This document shows, piece by piece, positions 1 through 9,270 of a stretch of 64,000 nucleotides of DNA (positions within the stretch are counted from its first letter, which is position 1; the number at the start of each line of letters is the position of its first letter). The notes under the pieces are model-generated. The model ran no database searches and had not been told where the DNA came from. It worked only from the letters and a program-made list of their open reading frames with translations. The position numbers were made by a program, and so were the translations under genes. Source of the DNA: an uncultured SAR86 cluster bacterium (GTDB lineage: Bacteria > Pseudomonadota > Gammaproteobacteria > Magnimaribacterales > AG-339-G14); assembly GCA_902596665.1 (NCBI GenBank), contig CACJUN010000001.1, positions 541,083 through 605,082 of the forward strand, in the 5' to 3' direction.

Positions 1-2
1 GA

Positions 3-845
3 TTTTTCTATAAGATCTTTTGAATCAAAATTTCTGAAAAGAATTCTCTCGTTTACTTTATGGAGGTGTTTGAATTTCGTTGAGTCGCTTGGATGTTCCT
101 TTATAACAAAAAATAAATCTTTATCTTCAGTTTTTTTAATCGAATAATCTAACCATTGAAATAATTCATCCATGGAATTTACTCTCGGAGAATTCAGCAA
201 AACTTGACTGTCGTGATTAACTTGAAAAGGAACATAGATGAACTTTTCAGGTAAGTCTTCATAAAGTTCTGGAGATTTACTGTATCTTTTTTTGCTTTTT
301 ATTGATGCCCTTTGTTGGATCTCCAAATTTAAATTTTTTCCGCTTGGAGCATAATTTTCATAAAATTCTTTTTCACGCGGAACGCTGTTTAAATCATTCA
401 CACCGTTAGGATCCACAGTTGTAGAATCAGGAAGCAAACCGTTTTCAAAAAAAGCTAGTCTAATATTATTTTTTTTGGCGATTAGTTTAATTGCATACTC
501 AGGCAACCTGTGTCCATTCCATATGCAAATCAAATCAGGCATCCTTTTTGAAATTACATAAGTAAATCTTCTGTAATAAATAACAAAAAGTATGTGCAGA
601 AAGGCTTCATAGAATGGCCAAAAATACTTTATGTAAAAGTATTTTCTTTTTTTTCTTGCTAACTCAAAACTTATTCCTTTTTGAATTTCAGCTTGGGTTA
701 AATCAGTGCGGCCAATTTTGAAAAAGATAAAAGGAAAAAAACTCATTACGGTGGAGTCAAACATGGTGTTTCTTTTAATATCTTGGAAATATCTATACAT
801 AGACCCTTTATAAGAAATAAAAAGAATTTTTGAAGATTGATTCAT
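3..845 (-). CDS. Capsular polysaccharide biosynthesis/export protein, KpsS/LipB-like (PF05159-type); 3' end runs off the window
   Basis: Not in the ORF track because there is no stop in the window. Manual translation from ATG at 845 is open to the edge: MNQSSKILFISYKGS...ICIWNGHRLPE...LAFFENGLLPDSTTVDPNGVN...FIYVPFQVNHDSQVLLNSP...FVIKEHPSD. The FFENG/DPxGVN, PFQVxxDSQ and KEHP motifs are typical of the KpsS family. Confidence 0.8.
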   Translation of the reverse strand, partial: MNQSSKILFISYKGSMYRYFQDIKRNTMFDSTVMSFFPFIFFKIGRTDLTQAEIQKGISFELARKKRKYFYIKYFWPFYEAFLHILFVIYYRRFTYVISKRMPDLICIWNGHRLPEYAIKLIAKKNNIRLAFFENGLLPDSTTVDPNGVNDLNSVPREKEFYENYAPSGKNLNLEIQQRASIKSKKRYSKSPELYEDLPEKFIYVPFQVNHDSQVLLNSPRVNSMDELFQWLDYSIKKTEDKDLFFVIKEHPSDSTKFKHLHKVNERILFRNFDSKDLIEK

Positions 846-905
846 TATTCGCTAATTGTTATTGAAATATATTATCCTATGCAAAATTTTTTTTAGAGGA
901 TTGTT

Positions 906-1172
906 ATGTTTGAGATTAATCTTTTTAATTCAGCGCAGATATTTGATCAAATTTTTGCCTTTGTTTGTGTTTATTTACTCACAAGTTTAAGCGCAAAGGT
1001 AAGATTCTATGGTTTTGTAGTTGGAACTGTTGGTTTCGTGCCTGGTATTTATTTGCTCATTGAAACTGAGCTTTGGTGGTTGCTTGCAGCAATGCCTCTT
1101 TGGGTTTTTATAAACTACAAAGGGCTAGTAAATAATTGGAGAGAATTTAAAGGGGAAGAAACTACAGCTTAA
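906..1172 (+). CDS. Small membrane protein (88 aa, about 3 hydrophobic helices) resembling half of a PnuC-type transporter
   Basis: SD-like AGAGGA at 895-900, then ATG. Hydrophobic pattern FVCVYLLT..FYGFVVG..GIYLL..LWW..LW..YKG..NW resembles the PnuC three-helix repeat (recalled). Confidence 0.6.
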   Translation: MFEINLFNSAQIFDQIFAFVCVYLLTSLSAKVRFYGFVVGTVGFVPGIYLLIETELWWLLAAMPLWVFINYKGLVNNWREFKGEETTA

Positions 1173-2400
1173 CAACTTCAAAAGCTGCCCTAGCAATATC
1201 CTCAACTTTTTTCAGATGCTCATCTTCGTGAGCCACTGAAATAAAATGATTGTGATAATCAGTGAGATAAAGACCTTTGCTCAAGCAAGCATCAACCCAT
1301 CTTGAATGGAGTGTTTTGTCTTCATCCTCAATTCGAAAGTAAGGCATAGCTGGGACTCCGGAAACAATCATCTTGACATCAAAATCTTCCGCAATCTTGA
1401 CTAGACTTTCTTTTAACAAGTTACCAAAATTATTCATCTTCGTAACCGCATCCTGCTTAACTAATTCATCGATTGTTGCTTTTGCAGCAGCCATTGGGGC
1501 TGAGTTTAAAAATTGAGTCCCAGTAAAATAAACATTCTCAGCTGATTCTTTTAACGAGTCCTTTCCTACCAAGGCAGATATTGGATATCCATTCGCTATG
1601 GCTTTCCCTAAACAAATTAAATCTGGAGAAAAACCAAAAAAATTATTTGATCCTTTTAGATCAATTCTAAAGCCAGTCCTGACGTCATCGACGATTAAAA
1701 TAATGTTATTTTTACGACAAACCTTCTCGATGTGTTTCCAGTATCCTTCATTCGGATAAACATTATTTTTAAAAGTTGGATGATGATAAGGGCTTGAGAT
1801 AAAACATGCTATGTCATCTCCATGATCTGAGATTGCTTGATTAAATCCATCTAAGTCGTTCCAATCGATGGAGATAACTTCTGCGGAATCTGAATTAATG
1901 ATGCCAGGACTGTTGCGTCTTTGCATCCAGCTATTTGAGCCATGATATCCATCGTTTATTTTTAATATTTTTTGCTTGCCGGTTTCTTGTCTGGATACCA
2001 TCACCGCAAGAGAAGTACTATCAGCCCCATTTTTACCAAACAAACTCCAATCGGCAATTGATACTAAATCAACTAAGGTTTCAGCTAATTCAATCATCAC
2101 AGGAGAGGCGATACTGACAGTATTACCAAGATTTAATTGTTTTCTAGCTGCTTCATCTACTACGGGATTGTTATAGCCGAGAATCATAGGGCCCCATGCA
2201 CAAACCAAATCTACGTACTCATTTCCATCAACATCCCAAAAATAAGCTCCGTCTGCTTGAGAGAAAAATTTGGGCCCGTCTTTCCTGACAGCATATTTAT
2301 AATGCCCGAATATTCCTCCAGGAATTACTTCTTTTGCCCTATTAAGGAGTAGATCTGACTCAGATTGAATTAAAAAATCTTTATCCTTTGGATTATGCAT
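1162..2400 (-). CDS. Class III PLP aminotransferase, glutamate-1-semialdehyde aminomutase-like
   Basis: DVDGNEYVDLVCAWGPMILGY; IVDDVRTGFR; LICLGKAIANGYPISA with the PLP lysine. HemL-like fold, but the true substrate is uncertain. Confidence 0.8.
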   Translation of the reverse strand: MHNPKDKDFLIQSESDLLLNRAKEVIPGGIFGHYKYAVRKDGPKFFSQADGAYFWDVDGNEYVDLVCAWGPMILGYNNPVVDEAARKQLNLGNTVSIASPVMIELAETLVDLVSIADWSLFGKNGADSTSLAVMVSRQETGKQKILKINDGYHGSNSWMQRRNSPGIINSDSAEVISIDWNDLDGFNQAISDHGDDIACFISSPYHHPTFKNNVYPNEGYWKHIEKVCRKNNIILIVDDVRTGFRIDLKGSNNFFGFSPDLICLGKAIANGYPISALVGKDSLKESAENVYFTGTQFLNSAPMAAAKATIDELVKQDAVTKMNNFGNLLKESLVKIAEDFDVKMIVSGVPAMPYFRIEDEDKTLHSRWVDACLSKGLYLTDYHNHFISVAHEDEHLKKVEDIARAAFEVVKL

Positions 2401-2447
2401 AAATTTATTGTAAATGATTTTTGTTTAGTAGGTAATTTTCTAATCTG

Positions 2448-2538
2448 TGGCGGAGAGGGAGGGATTCGAACCCTCGATGCGGGATTACCACATACTCCCT
2501 TAGCAGGGGAGCGCTTTCAACCACTCAGCCACCTCTCC
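2448..2538 (-). tRNA. tRNA-Ser(GCT)
   Basis: Reverse complement GGAGAGGTGGCTGAGTGGTTGAAAGCGCTCCCCTGCTAAGGGAGTATGTGGTAATCCCGCATCGAGGGTTCGAATCCCTCCCTCTCCGCCA. Cloverleaf with long variable arm, anticodon GCT at 2502-2504, GGTTCGAATCC T-loop and encoded CCA. Confidence 0.97.
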
Positions 2539-2545
2539 AGGATTT

Positions 2546-4174
2546 TTAAGATGCTTGTCTTATTAAGTCAGCAGCTTTTTCAGCGATCATAATTGCCGGA
2601 GCATTAGTATTTCCAGCTATGAGCGTAGGCATTATAGATGCATCTACCACTCTCAATCCATCAATACCATGAACTTTAAGATCATCATCGACAACGCTCA
2701 TTTCATCATTACCCATCTTGCACGTACTCACTGGATGATAAAGTGTTTCTCCGTTTTCTCTTATCCAGTTATCTAATTCTTCATCATCATCAATATTGAT
2801 TTCTGGTCCTGGTTTCACAGGATCTCCTCTGAATTCATCAAATGCTGGTTGCATCAATATCCTTCTTGTTTCTCTTAGAGCATTTCTAAGATCAATTACG
2901 TCCTCCTCTTCAGAAAGGTAATTTGGATACAAAAGAGGTTCATCTTCAGGATCAGCACTTTTCAGAGTCAAATAACCTCTGCTTTGCGGCCTACAAATAT
3001 AAGCGATGCATGAAAAACCATGCTCTTTAGTCACCCCGGTTCTAAAATGCTGATCTTCACCTTGAATAGAAACATAATGAAGCTGAGTATCTGGCAAATC
3101 TTTTTCTGGACTAGATTTTATAAAGCCTCCTCCGCTACAAGGTGGGTAAGCAGCATCACCTGTACCAAACAATAAGTATTTAATTCCTGCTATTTGAGTT
3201 TTAATCCATGATGCCGATCTATGAAGGGTAACCGGTTTAGTTGCATAAAATGAGCTCGTCACACCGTAGTGGTCTTGCATATTTTTTCCAACCCCTTTTA
3301 ACTCGTGCACTAAGTCTATGCCATGTTTTGTTATATCGTTTGGATCTCCAATTCCGCTCCTCATTAAAATTAGAGGGGAACCAAGAGCACCTGCAGATAA
3401 AATAACCTCTTTGTTGGCAAAACATGATTTTCTTTCACCTTTCTCATTTATGTACTCAATGCCTGTTACTTTTTTTCCATCCATTATCAACTTATCAACT
3501 GTTACATTGATTTCGTTACTTAAATTCTCTCTTTCTAATGCAGGATGCAGGTAAGCTTGAGCTGAGCTCCATCTCCTTGGCCCTCTAGAAGTATCATTGA
3601 TGGTATGTTCGTATCTTGAAACACCTTCTTGTTCCTTACCATTAAAGTCTCTTGTGTAGGGAAACCCAGCTTGTTGACCAGCCTCTATGAATTTTTCTAG
3701 CAATAAATCGTCTTCTCTATCAGATTTTTTGACATGAAGAGGTCCTTCGTATCCATGAAACTCTTCATCACCATCACCATGAAAATTTTCTGCCTTTTTG
3801 AAATAAGGAAGCACATCATCGTAAGACCACCCTTCATTTCCTTGTTGTCGCCACAAGTCATAATCATAAGAATGGCCTCGGATATAGATCATTGCATTTA
3901 TAGAAGATGAGCCGCCCCAACCTTTACCTCTTGGCCAGTATAAAGGCCTGTTGTTAGTTGTACTTTCTGGCTCAGTTTCAAAACCGTAGTTATTATCATT
4001 CTTGTTAGGAACAAGTTGCGAATATCCAGAAGGCATATGAATGAACATATTTGTATCCTTGCCTCCTGCCTCAAGAATAAGAACGGTATCTGTGCCGTCT
4101 TCACTTAATCTGTTTGCCATTACACAGCCGGAGCTTCCAGCTCCTACAACAACATAGTCAAAAGTATTTTCCAT
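2546..4174 (-). CDS. GMC family FAD oxidoreductase (choline dehydrogenase-like)
   Basis: VVVGAGSSG FAD motif; YWPRGKGWGGSSSINAMIYIRG; LYHPVSTCKMG; LRVVDASIMP; GNTNAPAIMIAEKAAD. Confidence 0.9.
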   Translation of the reverse strand: MENTFDYVVVGAGSSGCVMANRLSEDGTDTVLILEAGGKDTNMFIHMPSGYSQLVPNKNDNNYGFETEPESTTNNRPLYWPRGKGWGGSSSINAMIYIRGHSYDYDLWRQQGNEGWSYDDVLPYFKKAENFHGDGDEEFHGYEGPLHVKKSDREDDLLLEKFIEAGQQAGFPYTRDFNGKEQEGVSRYEHTINDTSRGPRRWSSAQAYLHPALERENLSNEINVTVDKLIMDGKKVTGIEYINEKGERKSCFANKEVILSAGALGSPLILMRSGIGDPNDITKHGIDLVHELKGVGKNMQDHYGVTSSFYATKPVTLHRSASWIKTQIAGIKYLLFGTGDAAYPPCSGGGFIKSSPEKDLPDTQLHYVSIQGEDQHFRTGVTKEHGFSCIAYICRPQSRGYLTLKSADPEDEPLLYPNYLSEEEDVIDLRNALRETRRILMQPAFDEFRGDPVKPGPEINIDDDEELDNWIRENGETLYHPVSTCKMGNDEMSVVDDDLKVHGIDGLRVVDASIMPTLIAGNTNAPAIMIAEKAADLIRQAS

Positions 4175-4194
4175 AGTAAATCTCCTCTAAAGTG

Positions 4195-4223
4195 AGATTA
4201 TCAATATGATATCTATTGTGCAA
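4195..4223 (-). promoter_or_regulatory. Putative sigma70 promoter for the GMC oxidoreductase and tRNA-Ser
   Basis: Minus strand: TTGCAC (4223-4218), 17-nt spacer ending in TGn, TAATCT (4200-4195), then SD AGAGGAG before the ATG. Confidence 0.5.
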
Positions 4224-4227
4224 TAAA

Positions 4228-5445
4228 TTAATTCTGATCTAACTCAAATGCATCGTGAAGGGTTCTTACAGCAAGTTCCTTATACTTTTCTTCAAGAACA
4301 ACTGAGATTTTAATCTCTGAAGTTGAAATCATTTCAATGTTTATTGCCTCATCTGCCAAGGCACCAAACATTTTACTTGCTACACCTGCGTGAGACTTCA
4401 TTCCGTTTCCAACAACAGATACTTTGCAAATATCTAGATCCACTTCGATTTCACCGCTACCTAACTCTTTACGTAACCTTTTTAAAATTTTTGAGGTTTC
4501 ATCCGCAAAATCTTTATGCACTGTGAAAGTAAAGTCGGTTGTATTATCAGATGCCACGTTTTGGACAATTACATCTACCTCAATTCCAGCATCGCTTATG
4601 GGAGAAAGTATTTTTGCAGCAACTCCCGGAATATCAGGAACTTTTCTGATGGTTATTTTTGCTTCATTTGAAGTAAACGCAATTCCTGATACTACAGCCT
4701 CTTCTAGATTATCGTTACTATTTATCAAAGTTCCTCCGTTTGACCCAAAACTTGATAAGACTCTCAAAGGTAATTTGTATTTACTTGCAAATTCCACAGA
4801 TCTTATTTGTAGAACTTTAGCTCCTAAAGAAGAAAGTTCCAACATTTCTTCGTATGTTAAATGATCAAGTTTCCTGGCTTTATCGTAAATATTTGGATCG
4901 GTTGTAAATACCCCATCCACATCAGTATAAATCTGACACTCTTTAGCATTCAAAGAGACTGCAATTGCTACTGCGGAGGTATCCGAACCGCCCCTTCCTA
5001 AGGTAGTAATATTATTTTCATCATCAAATCCTTGAAATCCAGTGATTACAGGAACAATATTTTTTTCTAATGCATCTTGAAGAATTTCCTCTGAGACTTT
5101 TCTAATTCTTGCCCTTCCAAAGGAGGAATCCGTTTTAAACCCCATCTGAAAAGCATTGTAAGATCTTGAGTTATAACCTTTCTTTTTAAGGGACATAGCA
5201 AGCAACGCTGCAGAAACTTGCTCTCCAGAAGAAACAACTGCATCAAATTCTCGAGGATCAGGTTTCTTTTGAATTTTCTTAGCCAGATCAATCAGTCTAT
5301 TTGTTTCGCCTGCCATGGCTGAAACAACAACAGCGACATGATTACCTGAGTCAATTTCCTGACCAACTATCTTGGCAACTGCTTCAATTCTTTTAGGGCT
5401 AGCAACAGATGTCCCTCCAAATTTTTGGACAATAATGTTACTCAT
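4228..5445 (-). CDS. lysC: Aspartate kinase
   Basis: IVQKFGGTSV; VVVSAMAGETNRL; TTLGRGGSDTSAVA; IYTDVDGVFTTDP; C-terminal ACT domains; lies downstream of alaS. Confidence 0.96.
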   Translation of the reverse strand: MSNIIVQKFGGTSVASPKRIEAVAKIVGQEIDSGNHVAVVVSAMAGETNRLIDLAKKIQKKPDPREFDAVVSSGEQVSAALLAMSLKKKGYNSRSYNAFQMGFKTDSSFGRARIRKVSEEILQDALEKNIVPVITGFQGFDDENNITTLGRGGSDTSAVAIAVSLNAKECQIYTDVDGVFTTDPNIYDKARKLDHLTYEEMLELSSLGAKVLQIRSVEFASKYKLPLRVLSSFGSNGGTLINSNDNLEEAVVSGIAFTSNEAKITIRKVPDIPGVAAKILSPISDAGIEVDVIVQNVASDNTTDFTFTVHKDFADETSKILKRLRKELGSGEIEVDLDICKVSVVGNGMKSHAGVASKMFGALADEAINIEMISTSEIKISVVLEEKYKELAVRTLHDAFELDQN

Positions 5446-5450
5446 GCCTT

Positions 5451-8045
5451 TTAAAGATTTTGAATATATTTTGTAGCTTCAGAAAAAACTTTTTCAAAGT
5501 TTTTAACTTGACTACCGCCTGCTTGTGCATGATCTGGTTTACCTCCGCCTTTACCGCCTATCAATGAAGCGAGGGATTGTAACAAATCATTTGAACTGAA
5601 AACATCTTTTGGAATTGATTTTGAAGATGAAACCAATAAGCTTGATTTATCTCCATCTTTCGAAGCAAGAACACAAATTAAGTTTTCATTTTTATTTTTT
5701 AGTTCATCTATGAAAGATCTTGCTGAACCTAAGTTAATTCCTTCAAATTCCTTTAAGATAACTTTATAAGAATTAATTTGAATAATATCCTGTTCAAGGC
5801 TCTTTATTACTTCGCCTAATTCTTTTTGTTGTGATGATTTAATCAATTTTTCTAACTCACTGTTCTTTTCCATCAACTCTTTAATTTTTGAAATAAGACC
5901 CTCTTCATTCACGTTCAAAAGCCTCATTGCTTCTTGCCCAGAATTTTGAAATTTATTTGAGAAATCTTCCGCATCTTTTCCACTGCAAGCTTCAATTCTT
6001 CTGACGCCTGATGAAATACTTGATTCACTAGTTACTTTTACAAAACCAATATCCCCTGCTGAATCAACATGAGTTCCACCGCATAGTTCAACAGAAAAGT
6101 TTCCGCCAATCGAAAGTACGCGCACTTGATCTCCATATTTGTCTCCAAAAAAAGCCAGCGCTCCTTTGTCTTGAGCCTTCTTAAAGCTCATAGTTTCTAT
6201 TTTAGTAGAGATATTTTTTCTAATTGTTTCATTAACTAAATTTTCAATTTGTTGTACTTCTTCAATTTTTAAAGCAGCATCGTGAGTAAAATCAAATCTA
6301 AAATATTTATCGGAAACTAAGGAGCCTTTTTGCTCGACATGTTCTCCCAATACATTTCTGAGTGCAGAATGAAGCAGATGAGTAGCTGAATGATTTCTAA
6401 TAATTTTATTCCTTCTATCTAGGTTAATAGAACTCTCGCATTGACTTCCAACTTTAAGAATTCCTTTTTGCAAATTACCAATGTGAATAAATTGATCTCC
6501 TACCTTTTGAGTATCTTTTACTTCAAAAATGAAGTCTTCACCTGAAATAGAACCCTGATCGCCAACTTGACCTCCTGACTCAGCATAAAAAGGTGTTTTA
6601 TTTAAAATTAATATTGCATCTGAATCGCCCTCTAATGTTTCTTGCTCTTTTTGATTTACAAAAATCTTTAGCACTTTAGATTTACATTTGCTTTTGTCAT
6701 ATCCGATGAAATTAGTTGGCTTATCTAAGGAAATTGATGATGGCATCAGAGAATCAAAATTAGATGAAGCTTTCGCAAGATCTCTCTGTTGTTCCATTAG
6801 TTCCTCATACTCCTTTATGTTTACTGAAATATTTTTTTCCCTTGCAAGATCTATGGTCATGTCTAGGGGAAATCCAAAAGTATCATAAAGTTTGAAAGCG
6901 AGTTCACCAGATACTTCATTTACATCCTTCGGTGTCTCATCCTCAAAAATGCGCATACCATTTCTTAGAGTTAGGGAGAACTGTTGTTCTTCTTTTTCTA
7001 TGGTTTTTTCTATGATTTTTTTATTTTTACTTAAAAGAGCGTGCTCTTTTCCCATTTGGGATACTAACTCCTTCACAAGACCTGAAAGAGGTTTTTCATA
7101 ATCAGGATTCAACTTATATGCGTGCCTCAAAGCTCTTCTTATGATTCTTCTAAGGACGTAACCCCTGCCTTCATTAGAAATGGAAAGGCCATCAGCTATC
7201 AAATAAGAACTAGATCTTAAATGATCTGCGATAACCCTAAGAGATGGATTTTCAAGATTTTGTGCACCCAAGTTCGATGCTATTTTTTTTATTAAATCTT
7301 TGAACAGATCAGTTTCATAGTTGTCGTTAATGCCTTGCAACACCGCCGTGATTCTTTCAAGGCCCATGCCAGTGTCAACGGATGGTTTGGGCAAGGGAGA
7401 AAGTTCCCCATCAGGGCTCCTATTGAACTGCATGAAGACCAGATTGTATATTTCAACAAATCTATCTCCAGTATCAACACCTTCTGCCGGTGACTCTCCT
7501 GAAAATGCCTCTCCATGATCATAAAATATTTCACTGCAAGGCCCACAGGGTCCTGTGTCCCCCATTGACCAGAAATTATCGTCATCTAGCTTTGAAATTC
7601 GATCTGGTTGGATTCCGATTTCATTTAACCAAATCTTTTCTGATTCTTGGTCTTCTATATGAACAGTTATCCATAGTTTTTCAGGAGAAATTTTGTAAAT
7701 TTCAGTTAACAGTTCCCAGGCATATTTGATCGCTTCTTTTTTGAAATAGTCTCCAAAACTAAAGTTTCCTAACATTTCAAAAAAAGTATGGTGTCTTAAG
7801 GTATACCCAACGTTTTCTAGGTCGTTATGTTTACCACCAGCCCTAATGCATCTTTGGGCCGAAGTTGCAGTTAAGTAGTCTCTTTTTTCTGCACCTAGAA
7901 AGACATCTTTAAACTGGTTCATGCCAGAATTAGTGAATAAAAGGGTTTGATCATCTAACGGTAAAACGCTAGAACTTTCGACTATTTGGTGTCCTTTAGA
8001 AGAAAAAAAATCAATAAATTTTTTTCTAACTTCTGAAGAATGCAT
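5451..8045 (-). CDS. alaS: Alanine--tRNA ligase
   Basis: LLFTNSGMNQFK; HHTFFEMLGNFSFGDYFK; DTGMGLER; HSATHLLHSALR; ELCGGTHV; GKGGGKPDHAQAGG. Confidence 0.98.
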   Translation of the reverse strand: MHSSEVRKKFIDFFSSKGHQIVESSSVLPLDDQTLLFTNSGMNQFKDVFLGAEKRDYLTATSAQRCIRAGGKHNDLENVGYTLRHHTFFEMLGNFSFGDYFKKEAIKYAWELLTEIYKISPEKLWITVHIEDQESEKIWLNEIGIQPDRISKLDDDNFWSMGDTGPCGPCSEIFYDHGEAFSGESPAEGVDTGDRFVEIYNLVFMQFNRSPDGELSPLPKPSVDTGMGLERITAVLQGINDNYETDLFKDLIKKIASNLGAQNLENPSLRVIADHLRSSSYLIADGLSISNEGRGYVLRRIIRRALRHAYKLNPDYEKPLSGLVKELVSQMGKEHALLSKNKKIIEKTIEKEEQQFSLTLRNGMRIFEDETPKDVNEVSGELAFKLYDTFGFPLDMTIDLAREKNISVNIKEYEELMEQQRDLAKASSNFDSLMPSSISLDKPTNFIGYDKSKCKSKVLKIFVNQKEQETLEGDSDAILILNKTPFYAESGGQVGDQGSISGEDFIFEVKDTQKVGDQFIHIGNLQKGILKVGSQCESSINLDRRNKIIRNHSATHLLHSALRNVLGEHVEQKGSLVSDKYFRFDFTHDAALKIEEVQQIENLVNETIRKNISTKIETMSFKKAQDKGALAFFGDKYGDQVRVLSIGGNFSVELCGGTHVDSAGDIGFVKVTSESSISSGVRRIEACSGKDAEDFSNKFQNSGQEAMRLLNVNEEGLISKIKELMEKNSELEKLIKSSQQKELGEVIKSLEQDIIQINSYKVILKEFEGINLGSARSFIDELKNKNENLICVLASKDGDKSSLLVSSSKSIPKDVFSSNDLLQSLASLIGGKGGGKPDHAQAGGSQVKNFEKVFSEATKYIQNL

Positions 8046-8753
8046 TTATGAGAAGACCTCTTCAAGAAAATCCATCAGCAACATCCAAGACCTTCTATCA
8101 GCCTCTTTTGAATAAACTGTCCCAAAGTCTGGATTATTTGCTTCTGGATTTGTAAAAGAATGCATAGAGTCGCCATATATATGCAACTGCCAGTCAACAT
8201 CTTTTTCACTCATCTCTTTATAAAAAGATTGCATTTGATCTTCTCCAACCATTGGATCCTTCATGCCGTGCATAGCTAAAATTTTAGCTTTTATTTGTTC
8301 ATTGATCGGTTCTTCAGGTCCAGCTAAGAATCCATGAAAACTTGCACTTCCTCTCAAATCAACACCAGTTCTGGCTAAATCTAGGGAAACTAACCCACCA
8401 AAACAATACCCAAAAACTGCAATCTTTGACTTGTCTACACCTGGCAAGGAAGAAACTTTATCGTAGGCTGCCTTAACTCTTTTTGAAAGTTCTTTTCTGT
8501 CATCCAAAAGTGGCTGCATGCGAGCAGCATTTTCTTCATTAGTTTCTCCAACAATACCATCACCGTACATATCTAGTGCAAATCCAAGGTAGCCATTCTC
8601 TGCAAGTTTTTCTGCCTTTTCATCCACAAATTGATCTCTTCCAGACCAAGTATGAGCAATGATTACTGCTGGAAAATTATCTCCATCAGGGAAAGCTGCA
8701 TATCCCAGAAAATCTTTTCCATCTATATCGTAATTAATAATTTCAGTTTTCAT
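8046..8753 (-). CDS. Dienelactone hydrolase family protein
   Basis: GYCFGG nucleophile motif; SFHG; HGMKDP; HSFTNP. Start moved to MKTEII (8753), which overlaps the upstream gene end by 11 nt. Confidence 0.88.
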   Translation of the reverse strand: MKTEIINYDIDGKDFLGYAAFPDGDNFPAVIIAHTWSGRDQFVDEKAEKLAENGYLGFALDMYGDGIVGETNEENAARMQPLLDDRKELSKRVKAAYDKVSSLPGVDKSKIAVFGYCFGGLVSLDLARTGVDLRGSASFHGFLAGPEEPINEQIKAKILAMHGMKDPMVGEDQMQSFYKEMSEKDVDWQLHIYGDSMHSFTNPEANNPDFGTVYSKEADRRSWMLLMDFLEEVFS

Positions 8754-9270
8754 CTTTCGACATCCCTTTTTTAAATTTTTTGTAATTTTCGACGTAGTGA
8801 ACAGCTGAAGCAAGTAAAAAATCTTTCATTTCAGGGCCTAAAGTTTTTACAACCTTTCCAGGAGAACCTAAGAACATAGAATTATCTGGAATCACAGTAT
8901 TTTCGGTCACTAACGAGTTAGCTCCAATTAAGCAATTTTCTCCAATCTTTGCACCGTTTAAGACCACTGCATTTATGCCTATCAGTGAATTGTTTCCAAT
9001 TTGGCAACCATGCAACATGACTTTATGTCCTACAGTAACATTATCACCAATAATAGTTGGGCTGCCCGGATCTGCGTGTATTACGGATAGATCTTGAACG
9101 TTTGAGCCCTGACCTATGACTATGTCTTCAACATCACCCCTGACAACTGCGCCAAACCAAACCGATGCATCTTTTTTTAAGGTTACTCTTCCAACTACTG
9201 TTGCAGTCTCTGCAACATAAAAATCGTCGCCATCTGTAGTGACTTTATGATCATCTAATTTATAAATCAT
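8743..9270 (-). CDS. Gamma carbonic anhydrase family protein (YrdA/PaaY-like)
   Basis: Hexapeptide repeats; VWFGAVVRGD; NVQDLSVIH; VGHKVMLHGC; GSPGKVVK. Confidence 0.92.
   Translation of the reverse strand: MIYKLDDHKVTTDGDDFYVAETATVVGRVTLKKDASVWFGAVVRGDVEDIVIGQGSNVQDLSVIHADPGSPTIIGDNVTVGHKVMLHGCQIGNNSLIGINAVVLNGAKIGENCLIGANSLVTENTVIPDNSMFLGSPGKVVKTLGPEMKDFLLASAVHYVENYKKFKKGMSKDEN

Noticed and set aside
1162-2400. Calling the aminotransferase hemL
   Set aside because: The fold fits, but it looks like a divergent paralog and no heme-pathway genes are nearby.
2395-2592. 65-aa plus-strand ORF (…GGEGGIRTLD…)
   Set aside because: It is the antisense translation of tRNA-Ser.
2546-4174. Calling the GMC enzyme betA
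   Set aside because: The motifs are family-wide and no betB, betI or choline transporter is adjacent, so the substrate cannot be assigned.
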